Source: a virus (lineage: Duplodnaviria; Caudoviricetes). Taken from it: a stretch of DNA of 50,839 nt. The first letter of the stretch is position 1, and every line of letters starts with the position of its first letter. Shown piece after piece: positions 46,384-50,839 of the stretch. A program made the translations under genes and the position numbers. The stretch spans positions 1-50,839 of the IMG/VR virus record IMGVR_UViG_3300025084_000039; one strand, given 5' to 3'. Under the pieces are notes generated by a model. It was not told the origin of the DNA. It was given only the letters and a program-made list of their open reading frames with translations, and did no database searches.

Positions 46384-46950
46384 ATGGCAGAAGCATTTTC
46401 AAATAAAGTAGCGAGAGCTGCGGGTATTGTAACTAGTTACAGTGGGAGCACAGTGGCTGCGGGAAGCACTGCCATTACAGTTACCGCACTGACGGGTATT
46501 GGTGTTTCTTTCCTAGTTGACAATCAAAATTTTATTGCTGGAACTAAGGTTGTATCAACCAGTGCCGTCTCTGGTGGAGTAGGAACTGTATTTACAGACA
46601 GAAATTCTACAAATACGGCAAGTGCAAGTACTCAAACTGTTAGGTTCCTTGGACCAACGACAGCATATACTTCTCCTGCATCCACGAAGAGTATTATCAT
46701 CGGTGGAACGTTTGCAAATAATACAAATAACTCAGTAAATCTCTCAGTCGAGATCTACGACAGCAGTGTTGGGATTACTTCTACAGGATCGGTTGCGATT
46801 GCAAGTAAGATCCCAGTTCCGTCAGGAAGTTCTTTCGTTATTTCCGACACAGGTAAAACACTTTTAGAATCAGCAGATGAACTAAAAATTTATTGTGATA
46901 GTGAAGGAGCAATTGATGTAAGTCTCAGTATTCTCACAGGAGTTAACTGA
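46384..46950 (+). CDS. Putative virion structural protein
   Basis: Thr/Ser-rich beta protein; ATAAATA at 46357. Confidence 0.75.
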   Translation: MAEAFSNKVARAAGIVTSYSGSTVAAGSTAITVTALTGIGVSFLVDNQNFIAGTKVVSTSAVSGGVGTVFTDRNSTNTASASTQTVRFLGPTTAYTSPASTKSIIIGGTFANNTNNSVNLSVEIYDSSVGITSTGSVAIASKIPVPSGSSFVISDTGKTLLESADELKIYCDSEGAIDVSLSILTGVN

Positions 46951-48407
46951 TGGCAGATCGTAACGGTTATATCGGAAGAGCACCTAGTGACTCAGCAGTC
47001 ACAGTTGCAAGACAAACTTTTTCACCTACTGGAGTTACAACTAACTTCACTTTTGCATCTGGTTACGTTGCAGGATACTTTGATATCTTTATTAATGGTG
47101 TAAAGATGATCGAGGGAAGTGATTACACTTCTACAGACGGGTCAACTTTTTCAATACTAAATGGTGGTGCAATTAGTGGTGATGTAATTGAAGGTGTTGC
47201 GTATAAGGCATTTAATGCAGCCACCGCAACTGTTGGAATTAACTCTTCAGGAACTCCTATCGGTAGTGTTAATACACTCAACTTTGTCGGAACCGGAAAT
47301 ACTTTTGCATTAAGAGGTAGTTCTATTGACATCAGTATTTCTGGTGGTGGTGCAGGTGCTGGTGGAACATGGACTAACTATGATACTAATACTGGAGTTA
47401 GTACCACAAAGAAAGTTAAGATTGAAAATAATTTAGAAGTTACTGGTGTTACCACATCAACAGGTGGATTTGTTGGTAATGTAACAGGTAATGCTTCTGG
47501 AACCGCTGGTGGATTAACTGGAACACCCGATATTACTGTTAGAAATATAACAGGTGTTGCTGCAACATTCACTGGTGTTTTAACATATGAAGATGTAACC
47601 AATATTGATTCTGTTGGACTTGTTACTGCAAGATCTGGTGTAAGAATTGTTGGTGGTGGACTGACTGTAACAGGTGTATCTACTTTCCATAATAATGTAG
47701 AACTTAATGCAAATCTAGACCTACAGGATGGTGATAAGATCCTTCTTGGTTCTGGTGATGATTTAGAAATTTATCATAGTGGATCTCACAGTTTTATTGT
47801 GAATTCTGGTGTTGGTCAATTGTATATCAGAGCATCGGGAGGAAATGTTCAGGATCAAGGTAATGCAAACCAAAGTTGGTTGCAATTTAATTCTGGTGCT
47901 GGTGTAGAAGCACACTTTGCAGGAAGCAAGAAACTTGAAACCACTGCTGCAGGTGTAAGTATCACCGGAACTTCAACCTGCACTGGTAGTGTTCAGGTTG
48001 GTTCTGGTCAATCATTTGGTTCAAGCACTGGATCTGCTGCAGTTTATTATGGTGACGGATCAAATCTCACCAACTTACCTGCTGCTGGACTTACCACAGA
48101 AGCACTTGTATCATCTGGTATTGTTACTACACTGAACCTTACATCAGCACAAGACCATAAGGTAACTGCATCTGGTATTACAACCATCACAGTGTCTGGT
48201 GGAACAGAAGCAGATAGTCATACAGTAAGAATTATCAACTCTGGTATTACAACTGTAGGATTTAGCACATTCTTCTTATTCCCATCAGGTTCTACACCAA
48301 GTTTACCAACTGCAGATGGAGCAATTAGTTTGATTTCATTCACGGTAAATAGGGTAGGAGCAGGTGGAACACAACTACTTGCTGGCGCATCCGTAAACTA
48401 TAGCTGA
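46950..48407 (+). CDS. Tail-fibre-like protein
   Basis: YIGRAP, NG..DYT, LTYEDVTNIDSVGLVTARSG, DLEIYH, KKLETT, GDGSNLTNL. Confidence 0.82.
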   Translation: MADRNGYIGRAPSDSAVTVARQTFSPTGVTTNFTFASGYVAGYFDIFINGVKMIEGSDYTSTDGSTFSILNGGAISGDVIEGVAYKAFNAATATVGINSSGTPIGSVNTLNFVGTGNTFALRGSSIDISISGGGAGAGGTWTNYDTNTGVSTTKKVKIENNLEVTGVTTSTGGFVGNVTGNASGTAGGLTGTPDITVRNITGVAATFTGVLTYEDVTNIDSVGLVTARSGVRIVGGGLTVTGVSTFHNNVELNANLDLQDGDKILLGSGDDLEIYHSGSHSFIVNSGVGQLYIRASGGNVQDQGNANQSWLQFNSGAGVEAHFAGSKKLETTAAGVSITGTSTCTGSVQVGSGQSFGSSTGSAAVYYGDGSNLTNLPAAGLTTEALVSSGIVTTLNLTSAQDHKVTASGITTITVSGGTEADSHTVRIINSGITTVGFSTFFLFPSGSTPSLPTADGAISLISFTVNRVGAGGTQLLAGASVNYS

Positions 48408-48417
48408 GGATAGATAA

Positions 48418-50839
48418 ATGGGAATAGCATTACCTCAGTTAGCACCTGCTTCTGAAGATAGGGCATCTGGTGCTCAGGTTATTGATGGTAGTTTGAAGTT
48501 TAATGAAACATTAGGTAGTTATCTAACTAGAACTCCAAGTTCTAATGGAAATAGAAGAACTTGGACTTGGAGTTGTTGGTGTAAGATTGCAAAACTTCCA
48601 GAAAGTGGAACAAATGGTGATAGAACTTTGTTTTCCGCAGTTGATGCTCAAACTAATGGCGATGACGATGCTATAAGATTTATTAGAACTGGAATAACTG
48701 GAGCAAATAGTTTATATTGGAGTTCCTCTGAATATAATGTAGGGGATGAAGAAGTAATATACACAAATGCGGTTCTACGCGATCCTAATACGTTTTATCA
48801 TGTAGTTCTTATAAAAGATACAACACAATCAAGTTTGGCTAATGGTCAAATGAGAATGTATATTAATGGAGTAGAACAATCATTAGTTGAATCAAACGCT
48901 ATTTCGCAAGATGCAGAAAGAGCTATAAATTCACAAGTCCCACATGCTATTGGTGATCATTATGATCAAGATAGACCATGGGATGGAATGATGTCTCAGG
49001 TCTATTTCATCGACGGCCAAGCACTTGGTCCTGAAAGTTTTGGATATACTGACGGACTCACTAATACTTGGAGACCTAAAAAGTTTAGTGCCTTTAATAA
49101 TCCAAATAATGGAACAACTTGGACTAATAGCATAAGCGGAACTGCAGATAGCGGTTGGGCTAAATCGCAAGCATTTGATGGAACCAACGCTAGTTCTCGC
49201 GCATCTAATGGTAATTCACTTACATTTACACCATCAAGTCCTATTCCCATAAAAACTTCATTACGAATTAATGCTCGTAAGTATGGTTCTGGTTCTTCTG
49301 TACTTACTGTAAATGGAACTAACTATGCTTCATTACTATCAGCAACAAAGGCATACGTTACTATCCCAGAATCAACCATTACTTCTATTGTTTGGTCAAA
49401 TGTTAATGGCAACTCTGACTCAGTAGATATTACAACAATTGAAGTAGATGGTTATCCCCTTTTAGATGGGGTAGGAGATAACTCTTTCTACCTCCCATTT
49501 GATGGATCTGCACCAATAGGAGAGGATCAATCTGGAAATGGAAACAACTGGACACCAGTAAACTTTGGTGGTTCAGTAGCACTTGATAACCCACAAGTAT
49601 CTGGTGCAAAACCAATCCTGAATGTAACTCAAGGTGGAACTCAAGCAGGAGTTGGTGTATTTGGAAGTAAAGAAAATATAGGATATGCTGTCACTGTAGC
49701 TCCAAAAACTGGTGGAGGTAATGCATATTATATTGATGGAGTAGAGAGACAAACTCTTACTGGATTAATTCGTGGCGCAACATATACTTTCAATCAGTCA
49801 GATAGCAGTAATGATAATCATCCTCTTAGACTTTCAATAACAGATGATGGCACCCATACTGGAGGAGGAGCTCAATATACTAATGGAAATGTACAAGGTG
49901 GAACACCAGGAACTGCCGGTGCAGCAACAACAATAACTATTCCATACAACGCTCCTAATACGTTATATTATTATTGTGGAAATCACTCTGGGATGGGAAA
50001 TAACATCACAGGTATCACCACAAATGAGAAGTTAGCAGATCAATATGCATCACACTGCACTCTTGCACTTCCATTAGTTGGTAGTGCTAATGATGTAAGT
50101 GATTCTGTTAATATTGGAAGTACTACAAAAGCAGTTACATCAAATAATGCTGTTGCTTCAAGTGCTCAAAGTAATTTTTATGGTGGAAGTTGGTACTTTG
50201 ATGGAAACTCAGACAGTTTAACATTTACAACATCAAGTGCCTTATCACTAAGTGGAGATTTTACTATTGAGTTTTGGATTTACAATAATACTATTGTGAT
50301 AGATTCTCAGCACCCATCACCAATTACGATGCCAGGTACTACTGTATCGCAGATTTATACTAACTCTAGTAGCGACTTCTATGGATTGTATAGGAGTGGT
50401 GATATTGTTACCACTGGAAACAATTCTGCATTAACTGGTGTGTGGCAACATGTCGCATTTACAAGAAGTGGATCAACTTGTTATGCATTTCTTAATGGAG
50501 TTTTGAAAAATACTGCTACCAATAGTGATACTTTTGGTGATGCTACTGGAACATATAGAATAGGATCATATAGTGGAACTGGTGGAGATATTAATGCATA
50601 TATGCAAGACCTTCGTGTTTATAAAGGAGTAGCAAAATACACCAGTGACTTTGTAGTTCCTGCAACCTCCCCAGACATTCTCCCAGACACTCCATCAGGT
50701 GTAAGTGGTGGATCTAAACTTGCTAAAGTCACTGATGGTGCTGTGAGTTTTGATGGTGATGGTGATTATTTGAGTATTGCTGATAGTAGTGACCTTACAG
50801 TTGGAACTAATCCATTTACTCTTGAGTTTTATGCATATA
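48418..50839 (+). CDS. LamG/concanavalin-like repeat tail protein (truncated by window end; absent from ORF track)
   Basis: Frame read open to the window end; SLKFN..RRTWTWSCW, FDG..DFTIEFW..WQHVAFTRSG..DLRVYKG; internal YYYCGNHSGMG. Confidence 0.88.
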   Translation, partial: MGIALPQLAPASEDRASGAQVIDGSLKFNETLGSYLTRTPSSNGNRRTWTWSCWCKIAKLPESGTNGDRTLFSAVDAQTNGDDDAIRFIRTGITGANSLYWSSSEYNVGDEEVIYTNAVLRDPNTFYHVVLIKDTTQSSLANGQMRMYINGVEQSLVESNAISQDAERAINSQVPHAIGDHYDQDRPWDGMMSQVYFIDGQALGPESFGYTDGLTNTWRPKKFSAFNNPNNGTTWTNSISGTADSGWAKSQAFDGTNASSRASNGNSLTFTPSSPIPIKTSLRINARKYGSGSSVLTVNGTNYASLLSATKAYVTIPESTITSIVWSNVNGNSDSVDITTIEVDGYPLLDGVGDNSFYLPFDGSAPIGEDQSGNGNNWTPVNFGGSVALDNPQVSGAKPILNVTQGGTQAGVGVFGSKENIGYAVTVAPKTGGGNAYYIDGVERQTLTGLIRGATYTFNQSDSSNDNHPLRLSITDDGTHTGGGAQYTNGNVQGGTPGTAGAATTITIPYNAPNTLYYYCGNHSGMGNNITGITTNEKLADQYASHCTLALPLVGSANDVSDSVNIGSTTKAVTSNNAVASSAQSNFYGGSWYFDGNSDSLTFTTSSALSLSGDFTIEFWIYNNTIVIDSQHPSPITMPGTTVSQIYTNSSSDFYGLYRSGDIVTTGNNSALTGVWQHVAFTRSGSTCYAFLNGVLKNTATNSDTFGDATGTYRIGSYSGTGGDINAYMQDLRVYKGVAKYTSDFVVPATSPDILPDTPSGVSGGSKLAKVTDGAVSFDGDGDYLSIADSSDLTVGTNPFTLEFYAY

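Noticed and set aside
36285-50839. Diversity-generating retroelement or invertible tail-fibre cassette
   Set aside because: No reverse transcriptase, invertase or near-identical long repeat pair noticed by eye; a self dot-plot would be decisive.

Overview
A 50.8 kb segment of a T4-like cyanomyovirus genome, probably infecting marine Synechococcus (inferred from psbA+psbD, petE, talC, cp12 and a tRNA). In order: photosynthesis/metabolic auxiliary genes (3' end of psbA, psbD, petE, talC, glutaredoxin, purC) among small hypotheticals; a glutamine-riboswitch/DUF4278 locus; thyX, phoH, exonuclease, gp33, gp59, gp32; a minus-strand block (gp53, gp48, gp2-like, gp4); a baseplate/tail block (tail-tube-like, gp26, gp51, two tape-measure-like genes, gp27-like hub, cp12, a gp5 split over several genes, a 1808-aa PA14-like repeat protein); small ORFs with tRNA-Leu(UAA); and large tail-fibre-like genes running off the end. 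Best leads: (1) a double, interlocked glutamine-aptamer RNA whose second aptamer carries a 54-codon ORF in its P2 loop, upstream of a DUF4278 gene; (2) a T TTT TTC slippery site that would fuse gp26 to gp51 by -1 frameshift just before the tape measure; (3) a twice-occurring ~55 nt element with identical flank spacing and a compensatory A/T swap; (4) a promoter/terminator-bounded ~50 nt candidate sRNA complementary to a Yfr1-like seed; (5) an apparently circularly permuted M23 peptidase. All family calls come from motif recognition by eye; no searches were run.
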